Virus record (IMG/VR): IMGVR_UViG_3300031519_000198
Location: 1 to 25,474 of that record
Length of the DNA: 25,474 nucleotides
Source of the DNA: a virus
Lineage: Duplodnaviria > Caudoviricetes
Direction: 5' to 3' (one strand)
Each line of letters begins with the position of its first letter. Within the stretch, counting starts at the first letter, position 1. The notes under the pieces were generated by a model. The model was not told the DNA's origin and ran no database searches. It saw nothing but the letters and a program-made list of their open reading frames with translations. Below are positions 7,601 to 16,700 of the stretch, in pieces. The position numbers were made by a program, and so were the translations under genes.

Positions 7601-10600
7601 GTTGCTGCATCATATGAACCTTCTTTGTGATTGGATTGTGCAACTCTAAATCTGATAGATGGAGAATTGGAAATTGCAGATGATCCAGCATCACCAATTA
7701 CTTGAGTATTTCCAATTACAGTTTCTCCAACCTGAAATACTCCAGACTCCATTGTAATTTCCATCAACTTAGGAACACAATACTTAGAAATATCAACACC
7801 ATCAAAGAACGCATAAAGTCTTGTTAGTGGTTTGACTTTTTTGGAAACAAACTCAACGTTTCTAGATCTCATGAATGGAATGAGATCTCTACTTACAACT
7901 CTATCGCCAACAGATTCACGATCAAATTGTTCAGTAACAATAGTTCTAGTTCCAGAACGTGTTGCAATACCAGTTTCTGTTCTAGTTTGAAGTCTATCTT
8001 CAGTGACTGAATCTGTAACTTGTCTTGTTTGAACAGATACAATTCTTCTACCACCAGGACCTTGACGATGAATTTCATCAGGTCCATTTTGAATCACTCT
8101 TCTTCTGGTTGATTCTACTATATCAACACCAGTCCAATTAGTCTCCCAAGAGTCCCATATAATAGGACCAAATCCTGTTTGTGGATCAATAGTTCCAGCT
8201 TCAACAGCATTATTAAATGTTTCTACATAATTACCTTCTGCTTCAATAATTTTTGCTTCAAGTCTTGCAGTATCTACCCAATTATCAGATGCAGGTGTAA
8301 GTTCAAGAGTTCCATTCCAGAAACTAATTAAGAAAGGAGTAACACTCTCAGTTCTAGTAGCAAAAGACTGCTTAATATATTCAACTTCTGCATAATCAAG
8401 AGTTAATACATCATTTTGCTTTCTAACATTATTTCCTTCAACTGGAGCAAAATTGAGATCTAGTGTTGGATCTGCATCTACTACAGGTCCAAAAATCATA
8501 TCAACAGAATTGGTATAATGTCTTGGTCTCAATTCGTTGTATTTTCTATCAATAGCATTATTGACTTTAAACGAATCTTCTTGAGGTAAGAAATCATTAA
8601 AATTATCTACAAAAAATCCAGATTTAAATCTATTCAATCCTTCGCTATCTGCAATGAAAAGATTTGCAGTTTCCTTTTCTAGAAGAGAAAGTGTTGTGTA
8701 ATATTCAAGACTCTTAATTCTATTTTCAAGTTCTTTGATATCTTGCATTCTAAATCTTTTATGTTGCATAAAAGATAATTTTGCATCTTGTGGACTATAC
8801 AAGTATGCAGGAAGTTCTACTCTACAAATTTCAATTGCATCATTAACAGGATCGGGTCTTACTGGATTGTCAGATGGTGTTCCATAAACAACTTGGAAAG
8901 TTCCGTCTTTTGATAAAAATACTCTATCAATTCTTCCTTGATAATATGAAAGGTCTGTAAGAATTGCTTCATCTGAAGCAAGAGCATTTGCTGCAGATTG
9001 TCCAGATGCATTAAAGGATCTTCCAAAAAACTCAAGTGGAGATGCTAAATTAGCAGCAACTGTATAATTAGAAACTCTTGGTCTGATATCAATAATATCT
9101 GAGTTTCTATAGAAATTTACAGTTTTAATTTCGTTCGTATAATCAAATTGATTGTATGAATTTATAGTTGTAATATCACCATCATCGGTGCTGGAGTAAG
9201 ATGCGCTTGAAAAATAAACTTTTATTTGTTTTGCTGGAGATGTGGAATCATTTTTTCTTTTGATTCTTCCATAATCATAGAAAGTATTTTCCTGACCAGT
9301 TTTAAAAGTATAATTTGATGAAATATTAAAACTTGGAGTTGATAATGTTCCGATCAAAGCAGATGATTGAGACTCTTCAAATTGTACATTTTCTCCTTCA
9401 ATAAATGCAATTTCGTTTTTATATAGAAAAGTGATTGAAGAATTATTTAATTTTTCTGCAACTATTGCAACAGATCCACTTGTTTGTCCAACTAATCTTT
9501 CTCCAACCAATAACTCTGATGTAGTTGTAGAATTAGTGTTTATGGATTGCAAATTTACTTGTGGGCAGGATGCTGCTAATGTATCACTTGATTCAAAAAT
9601 TCCATGAATTTGAATAATATCAGGAACATTCAAAGAAATGATTTCATCCTCAACTCTAGTTCCAAATGGATAATTTCCATAATTTAATCCATTGTTTAAA
9701 GTAGTAGCTCCAATACCAGATCCTTCAAGTTTTGATAAATTTATAATAATTGAATTAACTCTATTTTTAATTTTCTCCTTTGCTTTTGGTTTTACTTTTC
9801 TAAGAGTTGCAATTAATGTTGCTCCACTATTATTTGTACCTAAATTTCTAATTTGTAAAGTAGAACCATTTGGAGCAATATCAAATCTATCTCCACTTAG
9901 TGTTTCTGTAGATCCATCAGATCTAATTAATAAATATCTTTCCTCATCAAATGGCAGGAAGGTTTCATTAGTATCTGCTACAACTTGAGCAGATAGTTCA
10001 TTACTTGCAATATTAACTGTAAATGTTTTTCTAATTACTAAAGAGGCATCTGCAAGATTTACATCAGAAACATTTACTTTGGGTAATGGTGTAAATAGTG
10101 AATTGTCAGATGAAGGTGCTAATACTGTCGAAAGTGTTTTTAAATCAGTTATGCTTAAAGTGGTAGATGGAAGGAATCCACTAGAAATTCCGGCAACTGC
10201 AGCAACTCCTTCTATAGAAACATGAGTTGTTCCTACACTAATAACTCTAGCAACAATAGGATCTCCATCTAATCCTGGAGTGGTATCACTATATTGAATT
10301 AAATCATTTTCTTTTACCAAATTTCCTGGGAATGCTGGACTAGAACTTCTAATTGTACTAACACCACCTGAAATTTGACTTACTGTGGCAATGCCAATAG
10401 AAAATTTGCTTGATTGGATTACATCTGCACTAAAAGTATTAATTCCAGTTACACCATCATTTGTTCCATATACTGATTTTACATCAGAAAGACCATGTTC
10501 AGTAATGGCAATAGAAATTCTTCCATTATCGATTCCATTAAACGATAAATTTTCGTTTGGAATAAAAGAACCACTAGTTTCATAAACTGTAATTGCTGTT

Positions 10601-12144
10601 CCTGCTGAAACAGAATGTCTTAAGAATCCAGTTGCTCCACTATTTTTTCCCTTAACAAAAGTTGGAATTGATAGTGTATGTGCCTGATTTAAGGCAATAT
10701 CAGTAGTTGATTGGACATCATATAATGCCAAGTTCCACTGATTTTCGTTTTTATTTGAATTATTATATGAACCAGATTCTAATCTAAAGTCATATACTCT
10801 TGCAACACCAATTTCATTTCCAGGAAGAGTTTCTGAACTATTCCCAACTCTTTGATCTCTTAAACTTACATAATATGTGTTGCCAACTCCAACTGATGGC
10901 GCTCTGTATACTCGGTTTAACCTAAATGTTGGTCCCGTATTATAAATTATATTTTGATCTTCAATCGTTCTTGTTGTTCTTGGTTTGTCAACATTTAAAT
11001 ATGTAACATTTAAAGTTTCTAATTCATAACCTTTAACATATGCCTTTCCTGGGGAAAGTTTGTATAATGCAAGATCATTAGTAGGAACTGATCCACCAGG
11101 AGTAAATTGTCCAGTGTTAAAGATACCGCCATTACCAACTCCATCATTTAATGAGTTGGTAAGAGTAACATCAAAAGGTTTTACATAATAATGTCCAGAT
11201 TCATCAAAAGTTCTTCTAGCAAGAGTATCTGTCAGATCACTAAATCCAGCACTCCCGCCAAAAATTTGCTTTTTAGTATTTGATTGAAGAACACCATTAA
11301 TTACTGTAGCAAGTAAAATAAAATTATCGTCATTAAAATCGTCAAGTGCTTTTTTAAAAAGACTTACACTTATTCTAAGTCTATCTGCGCCAGGTGCTGC
11401 ATAGTTACTAAATCCTTGAGAATTGTCATTAAGACTTTCATCTAAGTCAGCATTAACAACTTCTTCATTTACATATAATCCAATTCTGTAACTAGGTGTA
11501 TTTGAATATTGATCAAGAATTAGAGTTTCTCTACTTACTGATACAAAATTTCCTCTAATAAAATATACTCCAGCATCAATTTGAAAAGAAGATCCAATAT
11601 CATTTGAATTTAATTCAATTGATGATGCTATTGGTGATCCTGAAGGAATAGTCGAATTGCCAAGAAGATTTGATGAAATAATTTCATTACATGAAATTTG
11701 TTCTCCATCAAAAAATTGTTGAGTTGAATTATTTGTAGTACTGGAAGATAAGTAATTTATATAAAGAGTAAGATTGTTGTTCTCAGAATCTTCTGGTAAA
11801 AGAACACTGTCAACAAATGCAGTTACTCCAGATCTTAAACCAGTTATTTTTGTACCAACCAACTGATCCACATAAGCAGATACAGGAACCCCTTGAAATA
11901 CGTTTTCTAGTTGAACGCAGTAATATAATTGCGAATATCCAATATTACCTGGAATTACTTTAGCACCTTCTTTAAAAAAATGTTGACCAAATTTTTCAAT
12001 TTGATCTTGCAATATAGACTGTAAACTGGTTAATTCCCTTGCTTGTACTGGATATCCTGGTTTAAATAATACCTTGTGATAATCGTTTGTAGGGTCAAAA
12101 TCGTCAAAGTAGGGAGCTACATTGAGGTTCGTTTGTTGGGGCAT
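4615..12144 (-). CDS. VrlC-like / DUF4815-type large virion structural protein, 2509 aa
   Basis: N-terminus TNLNVAPYFDDFD...KVLFKPGYPVQARELT.LQSILQ.Q, NYAAPGADRLRI, LARRTFDESG.Y, KRFRMQDIKELENRIKSLEYY, RFKSGFFVDNF, DPLAQSF, YLGSLFKSQNASTW, C-terminal PRIKDLRVIALA; directly after gp8. Confidence 0.88.
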   Translation of the reverse strand: MPQQTNLNVAPYFDDFDPTNDYHKVLFKPGYPVQARELTSLQSILQDQIEKFGQHFFKEGAKVIPGNIGYSQLYYCVQLENVFQGVPVSAYVDQLVGTKITGLRSGVTAFVDSVLLPEDSENNNLTLYINYLSSSTTNNSTQQFFDGEQISCNEIISSNLLGNSTIPSGSPIASSIELNSNDIGSSFQIDAGVYFIRGNFVSVSRETLILDQYSNTPSYRIGLYVNEEVVNADLDESLNDNSQGFSNYAAPGADRLRISVSLFKKALDDFNDDNFILLATVINGVLQSNTKKQIFGGSAGFSDLTDTLARRTFDESGHYYVKPFDVTLTNSLNDGVGNGGIFNTGQFTPGGSVPTNDLALYKLSPGKAYVKGYELETLNVTYLNVDKPRTTRTIEDQNIIYNTGPTFRLNRVYRAPSVGVGNTYYVSLRDQRVGNSSETLPGNEIGVARVYDFRLESGSYNNSNKNENQWNLALYDVQSTTDIALNQAHTLSIPTFVKGKNSGATGFLRHSVSAGTAITVYETSGSFIPNENLSFNGIDNGRISIAITEHGLSDVKSVYGTNDGVTGINTFSADVIQSSKFSIGIATVSQISGGVSTIRSSSPAFPGNLVKENDLIQYSDTTPGLDGDPIVARVISVGTTHVSIEGVAAVAGISSGFLPSTTLSITDLKTLSTVLAPSSDNSLFTPLPKVNVSDVNLADASLVIRKTFTVNIASNELSAQVVADTNETFLPFDEERYLLIRSDGSTETLSGDRFDIAPNGSTLQIRNLGTNNSGATLIATLRKVKPKAKEKIKNRVNSIIINLSKLEGSGIGATTLNNGLNYGNYPFGTRVEDEIISLNVPDIIQIHGIFESSDTLAASCPQVNLQSINTNSTTTSELLVGERLVGQTSGSVAIVAEKLNNSSITFLYKNEIAFIEGENVQFEESQSSALIGTLSTPSFNISSNYTFKTGQENTFYDYGRIKRKNDSTSPAKQIKVYFSSASYSSTDDGDITTINSYNQFDYTNEIKTVNFYRNSDIIDIRPRVSNYTVAANLASPLEFFGRSFNASGQSAANALASDEAILTDLSYYQGRIDRVFLSKDGTFQVVYGTPSDNPVRPDPVNDAIEICRVELPAYLYSPQDAKLSFMQHKRFRMQDIKELENRIKSLEYYTTLSLLEKETANLFIADSEGLNRFKSGFFVDNFNDFLPQEDSFKVNNAIDRKYNELRPRHYTNSVDMIFGPVVDADPTLDLNFAPVEGNNVRKQNDVLTLDYAEVEYIKQSFATRTESVTPFLISFWNGTLELTPASDNWVDTARLEAKIIEAEGNYVETFNNAVEAGTIDPQTGFGPIIWDSWETNWTGVDIVESTRRRVIQNGPDEIHRQGPGGRRIVSVQTRQVTDSVTEDRLQTRTETGIATRSGTRTIVTEQFDRESVGDRVVSRDLIPFMRSRNVEFVSKKVKPLTRLYAFFDGVDISKYCVPKLMEITMESGVFQVGETVIGNTQVIGDAGSSAISNSPSIRFRVAQSNHKEGSYDAATKTFRQNPYNTQDLSAAYSSTSTILNVDTFSLSNEAQGQYYGWVQEGMVLRGKLSGAIAKVSNARLVSDISATLIGSYYIPDPNIMSFPRFETGTKVFTLTDDIDNNQDQSVTIAEESFASTGTLETVQENIISVRNARVELKNEFQVRNVNRDLGTEVVESVVVSSVNRTQRILTWYDPLAQSFLVEDNTGCFLTSCDVFFRTKDDMDIPVVFQLRSMVNGVPSPKVLPFSEIVLDPDEVQTSADGSVATNVQFKAPVYCEGGTEYAICLASNSTKYSVYISRIGEVDLLTDTFISNQPYLGSLFKSQNASTWEPSQWEDLKFTLYRADFLENGNVEFYSPELTRGNNQIPNLLPDSIIMNSRQIRVGLGTTVADAGYEIGNTFTQQKTNASGNLVGTAGSVSGGLGISNAGLGYTPADASLTFSGVNLVTITGNGRGAQADITIVNGTIVSSGATVSNNGGSGYQVGDVLGISTIGIATIGTNARLTVAGIGQTNELIFNSVQGEFIVGSANTIMYTSSAGITTELNYGLPGGVGGDVQISNINVDDDGLHFIVNHQNHGMYFADNRVAISGVAPDIRPTKLTAEYTSGSTGSIVVGGATTFSSFEGVGVGTTNAGYLLIGEEIIQYTNVSGNSIGGSIIRGSEPRSYPVGTPVFKYENSGINLNRINTTHNLNNVTQLDPFTFDSYKVKVDLSSNGTDRSTDVGYPKLYIGSTKSTGGRNIRATQNMPFEIITPQVQNLTVPGTNITAQIRTTTSKSFSGNEIPYVDSGLENISINQKNYFDTPRMIASKVNEDLKLTNVIGGKSMQMSLALNTTDSRISPVIDAQRVNAIITSNRVNNIITNYATDSRVDSVQEDPTGCQYISKEIVLENSASSIKIIVAAHIGKESDIRAFFAVNNEPGFDPIFTPFPGYSNINSRGQVIAKENNNGESDSYVVKSNTKAFDSENVDYREYTFTVDQLPEFRTYRVKLSLSSNTQCFVPRIKDLRVIALA

Positions 12145-12150
12145 AATTCT

Positions 12151-13704
12151 TTAGAACTGCAAAATAACTTTTATGTCTTCCTTTTGGTTTGACGATCTTG
12201 TTATAGATGGTCTGTTGTCAACGTAAATTATATTACCAGAATGTTTTTTAACCTCTGGACTGGCAACACCACTCGTAAAGGTTTGACCAAGATAGTATGT
12301 ACGATTATTTATTACAGTAGATATACCTGTAAAATTTTCATCAATAGATAAATTGACACCAGTAGTTGGTGTAATGGTTAATGATCCACCTGTTGCTGGG
12401 GAAGATGTAAATTCGGTAAGATCAAATCCATACGTCGGTTGAGTTTGTGCAATTCCAACTGTGGAAAATCCTGCAAGAGATCTATCTTGCCAATACTTAA
12501 GAACACCAGTATTTTGGTCATAACTTACTACTCTACCAACAGCTGTTGATCCTGTTGATACTTGCTGAGTGAAGTATGCATCAGCGGTAAATGATGCGGT
12601 GCTATATCCAGAACCAACTAGTTTCAATGCAGAAAGAGCACTTGCTTTATCCACAGTAAGAATATCTGAAGACCCAAATTGTTGTGGATTTTCTACTACT
12701 CCAACTCTTGCAATTTGATTTCCAGTTATAAAATCTGGATTATTATTGTCATTTTCAATTCTAGAATACATGAGAACATTATACGCTCCCAATTCTCTAT
12801 AGATATCTGCACCATGTCCACCTTGAGGAGATATTATTACATCAAAGGATGGTCTAGTCGTACCTGTAGGAACTCCACCAGAATCTAAATCAATATTTGC
12901 ATACGTATAATCAGATCCTTGATTTGAAATTGTCACTCCACTTACTTGTTGGTTTCCATCAATAGTGATAGTACACTCGGCACCAGAACCATCTCCAGAA
13001 ATTGGAACACGAGTATATGTTGAGTTTGCTGTGCCTAAACCAACTCCCCTACTAGTAATAGTTGCAATTTTAATAGATCCATTAACAGAGTTATCTCTAA
13101 CGGCTGCATTGTCAGTAGATGTTTCCCAATCACTTGGTACTGGTAGATAATCAGTAGACTCAAATTTGGCAACATCACTTGGTTTAATACTATACAAATA
13201 TTTCCAAATATATTCGTCCCCACTAGTTCCTGCAGATCTTGGTTCCAAGTCTGTAAAAGTTGGTTCATCTAATGATGATTTTCCAGATGGGTTATCTGGA
13301 CTAATGCCATTGTGAAGACAAATATAAACTCTAAAATCACTATTCATTACAAAATAATTTGCAGAATATAGTGAAGTTGAACCAGAAACAACCGCAGTAT
13401 TTGATCTGCTGTAGTCGTGGCGATACATATCATAAGCAGTACCTGAAGACCAAGTAAGTTTTGGAACAACCTGTTTTGCATCAGAAGTATTAATCTTCTT
13501 CAGAGCAATCATTGTATCCCAATAATCATTCTCTTGATCAAAATTATCTTTTGGTGATGGTGGATTGACATCCCAATCAGATTGATAATCCGCAGGATTA
13601 GTCAGTCCAATAAAAGAATAATATGAGTTGTTGGCATTAGAAATACCAGCAACAAAATTCTTTGCATTTAGTATTCTAATTTGATCAGTTATAATGGCAG
13701 ACAT
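12151..13704 (-). CDS. gp8: Baseplate wedge subunit (T4 gp8-like), 517 aa
   Basis: MSAIITDQIRILNA, W.SGT.YDMYRHDY, FVMNSDFRVYICL.N, YIWKYLYSI, SPQGGHGAD, SGNIIYVDNR...R...QKEDIKVILQF motifs. Confidence 0.92.
   Translation of the reverse strand: MSAIITDQIRILNAKNFVAGISNANNSYYSFIGLTNPADYQSDWDVNPPSPKDNFDQENDYWDTMIALKKINTSDAKQVVPKLTWSSGTAYDMYRHDYSRSNTAVVSGSTSLYSANYFVMNSDFRVYICLHNGISPDNPSGKSSLDEPTFTDLEPRSAGTSGDEYIWKYLYSIKPSDVAKFESTDYLPVPSDWETSTDNAAVRDNSVNGSIKIATITSRGVGLGTANSTYTRVPISGDGSGAECTITIDGNQQVSGVTISNQGSDYTYANIDLDSGGVPTGTTRPSFDVIISPQGGHGADIYRELGAYNVLMYSRIENDNNNPDFITGNQIARVGVVENPQQFGSSDILTVDKASALSALKLVGSGYSTASFTADAYFTQQVSTGSTAVGRVVSYDQNTGVLKYWQDRSLAGFSTVGIAQTQPTYGFDLTEFTSSPATGGSLTITPTTGVNLSIDENFTGISTVINNRTYYLGQTFTSGVASPEVKKHSGNIIYVDNRPSITRSSNQKEDIKVILQF
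12306..12313 (-). promoter_or_regulatory. Possible internal late promoter (AATAAATA) upstream of the VrlC-like gene
   Basis: 7/8 match to TATAAATA inside the gp8 3' end, about 160 nt upstream of the ATG at 12144; may be chance in AT-rich DNA. Confidence 0.3.
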
Positions 13705-13724
13705 TTTATACGGACTTTTTTACT

Positions 13725-13732
13725 TATTTATT
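13725..13732 (-). promoter_or_regulatory. Putative late promoter (AATAAATA) for gp8
   Basis: 7/8 match to TATAAATA in the 33-nt gp7-gp8 gap, 20 nt upstream of the ATG. Confidence 0.7.
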
Positions 13733-13737
13733 GTAGA

Positions 13738-16700
13738 TTAAACATTATAATTTTTAAATTTCAAGAAGTTTGATCTGGTAACCATAGTTGAAGTTGAAAT
13801 ACCAGTTCCTTCAGTATATCCAATTCCAGATCCAGTGTAAGCAGAATATGAATTTAATCCAGATCTTGCTGTTAAATCAATTCTACCCCAACTAAATGAA
13901 CCAAAGAAGTTTGAAGTAGTTATTCCGGAGAATCCATAATTAAATTTGTCAACTTTAACAAAAACTCTCCTTACATGTGTTGTAATACCAGATACACTTG
14001 TAGAAATTGAAACAGCACTAGCAACTTCATAAACATTGTCAGCAAAAACAGTTCCCACTCCAACAATATTATTTGAGGAATCTAATGAAGTAGTTAGTGT
14101 TGTACTAGAACCCACATTGGAATGTTTAATTACAAAATAATCATTTGGACTTATAGAACTAATAGTTACTGCAGTTCCAGTAATATTGGAATTTCTCAAG
14201 AATGAGTTATATGGAATATGAATGTCAAAGATGAGTTGAGTTCCAATTCCAACAGTTGTTGTTCCAAATCCAACAATTACTCCATTATCTCCAGAATAAG
14301 TTAAAACACTTACTTCCTCTTCGACGTATGTTGGAGGTGCAATTAATACTGGAGGAACACTAGTATTTGTATATCCAGTTCCAGCATTAGATATTATTAT
14401 AGTTGTAACAATACCTGCAGTTATAGATGCTGTAGCAGTTGCAGTAGTTCCTAAACCAACTGCCTGTGCCGTACTTCCAATAGTAACTATTGGAGCAGTA
14501 ACGTATCCACTTCCCCCATCAGATAATAGTATTGAAGATATAGTTCCCAATCCAGTAACAATAGAAGTTGCAGATGCACCTGTTTTAGATTCCTGAGAAA
14601 TAAATTTAATTTTATTTTGGAAAGTTAAATCAGTGTCATTTTCATTTTGGGAATTAAAAATGGGTCTTACATTATCAACATAAATTGCCGTTGAACCAAT
14701 CCCAACAGATTTTGTAATATATGCACTTGGATTGATTACTGGTTCATAAAGTTCCCTATCTTTGCCGACAGGAGTTTGATTGATGAATAAATCTTCAGTT
14801 TGTCTACACCAAACAACAGGTCTTTCTAAAGTTACGTCACTTGTATTTCCAGGACCAGAATATGAATTTGTTCCAACTATATCCGTAGATTTGATTTGAG
14901 AAACAACTCTTACATCTTCATCTAAAGATCTTGCTTGTCCAATTGAAGCATCATGTTTAATTTGAAGAGTATCTCCCTTCTTAACGGTTTCAATTATATT
15001 TCTAAAGATAACATCAGTATCACCAGTTCCTTTGTAAAATATAATATTAACATTGTCACCAAGTTTTAAAGATTCAGTAAATGTAATAATACTGCCACCA
15101 TTAAATGTGTATCCTTTACCTGGAACTTGAAGTATATCATTTACAAATACAAGGAGAACATCTTGAACATTAATCTTGGATCCCTTTCCGGCAACAATAG
15201 AAATAGTATTTCCTGCTAAGGATAGTGGGAAATTTTGTCTAGTTCCATCAATGAAACTTTGAATGTTATCCAAGACTTGGAGTTGACCAACAGACCATCC
15301 AGTAAATTCGTCATTAAATACCTCATCAATAGTAATTTGGAATTCATTGGATGGTGTGAAAGATGATGTAGTTGGAATTCCTGTTAGTCCACCTGAAGGT
15401 ATTGTTAAAATTTCACCATTACCAAATCCATATCCCGTATTTTTGATTGTAAAATCAATAATGCTGGATCCTTGTCCAACAACAATATCAATTACAGCAC
15501 TAGTTCCCACACCAACAGCACTGGATGCTGAATATTGTAGAGGAATATTTGAATAACTTAATGGATCATCAAATACAACAAATGGTTGATTCGTTGAAGT
15601 ATATCCAGATCCTGGATTTGTAACCGCAACACTTACAATATGACCGTTACTAATAGTAGCGGTTCCAATAATCTGAATGTTGCCAGTTCCTGTGCTAGAA
15701 GTGCCAACACCAACATTGACTACAGTTTGAATTCCTACTCTATATCCAGAACCACTGTTTCCTATACTAATGGATGATATTGTTCCCAATCCAGAAACAA
15801 TAGCAGTACCACCAGCAGAAATTAATGGTTGATATCCAAGTCCAGCATCCGAACCAACCGAAACAATAATTCCACCTTTAGGGAAACTTGATATTCCAAC
15901 ATCAGGACCAAGTGGAACTGTATTGGTTCCTTGGAAAGTAATTGAAGAGATTCCTGATGCTTCTGTGATCACATATTGATCACTCAATCCAGGTGCTTGG
16001 AAAACATCATTAACTAAAATAATTGCATTTTCTGTGGAAATTCCAGTTATATTGTTGCCGCCTTGATTTAATGCAAATTCTTTTGAAACTCCATTAAACT
16101 GGTTTGACACGTCATCAAAAATGTAATTTTTGTGATAAGACTCATCGGAGGTATTTTGAACTCCAGATCTCATAAAACTTCTACCTTGGAAACTAGAACT
16201 TGTTGATATTCCAGACCAATCTCTTTCGTCAGGTGGATTTGTTGTAGATCCAATTGGAACATTTCCAAAAGGAGCTTCTACAAAATTTAAATGGTTATCG
16301 ACTATATTGTAATTTCCTGCAATTTTAGTTACAAGTGTTCCAGTGCCATAACCGGATAAAACAGTTCCCAACCAAGGTCTACGAACTCTAATTCTATTCG
16401 TACTTCCTATACCAACACCTTCTATCTTCATTATTTCATTACCAATCTGAATAATATCAGATCCAAAGAAAGATGTTATTCCACTAAATTCAATCACATT
16501 ATCAACAACTCTAACTTGATTTGCAAGAGTAGTTGTTACTGCTGTAGATACAATTGGCGATTGTATAATATTATCAATAGCAACAATACATTTTGCATTT
16601 TGATTTACCGCAATAAATCTGTGAGAAGTTCCAATACCAACACTTTCAAGATCAACTACAACTGGAATAGATTTGAGAGCATTTTCTGGACTTGTTGCAA

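Noticed and set aside
472-13268. Short alternate-frame minus-strand ORFs (472-675, 742-984, 4905-5126, 6729-7010, 7893-8087, 13035-13268)
   Set aside because: Nested in longer conserved genes with Leu/Gln/Met-rich shadow-frame composition.
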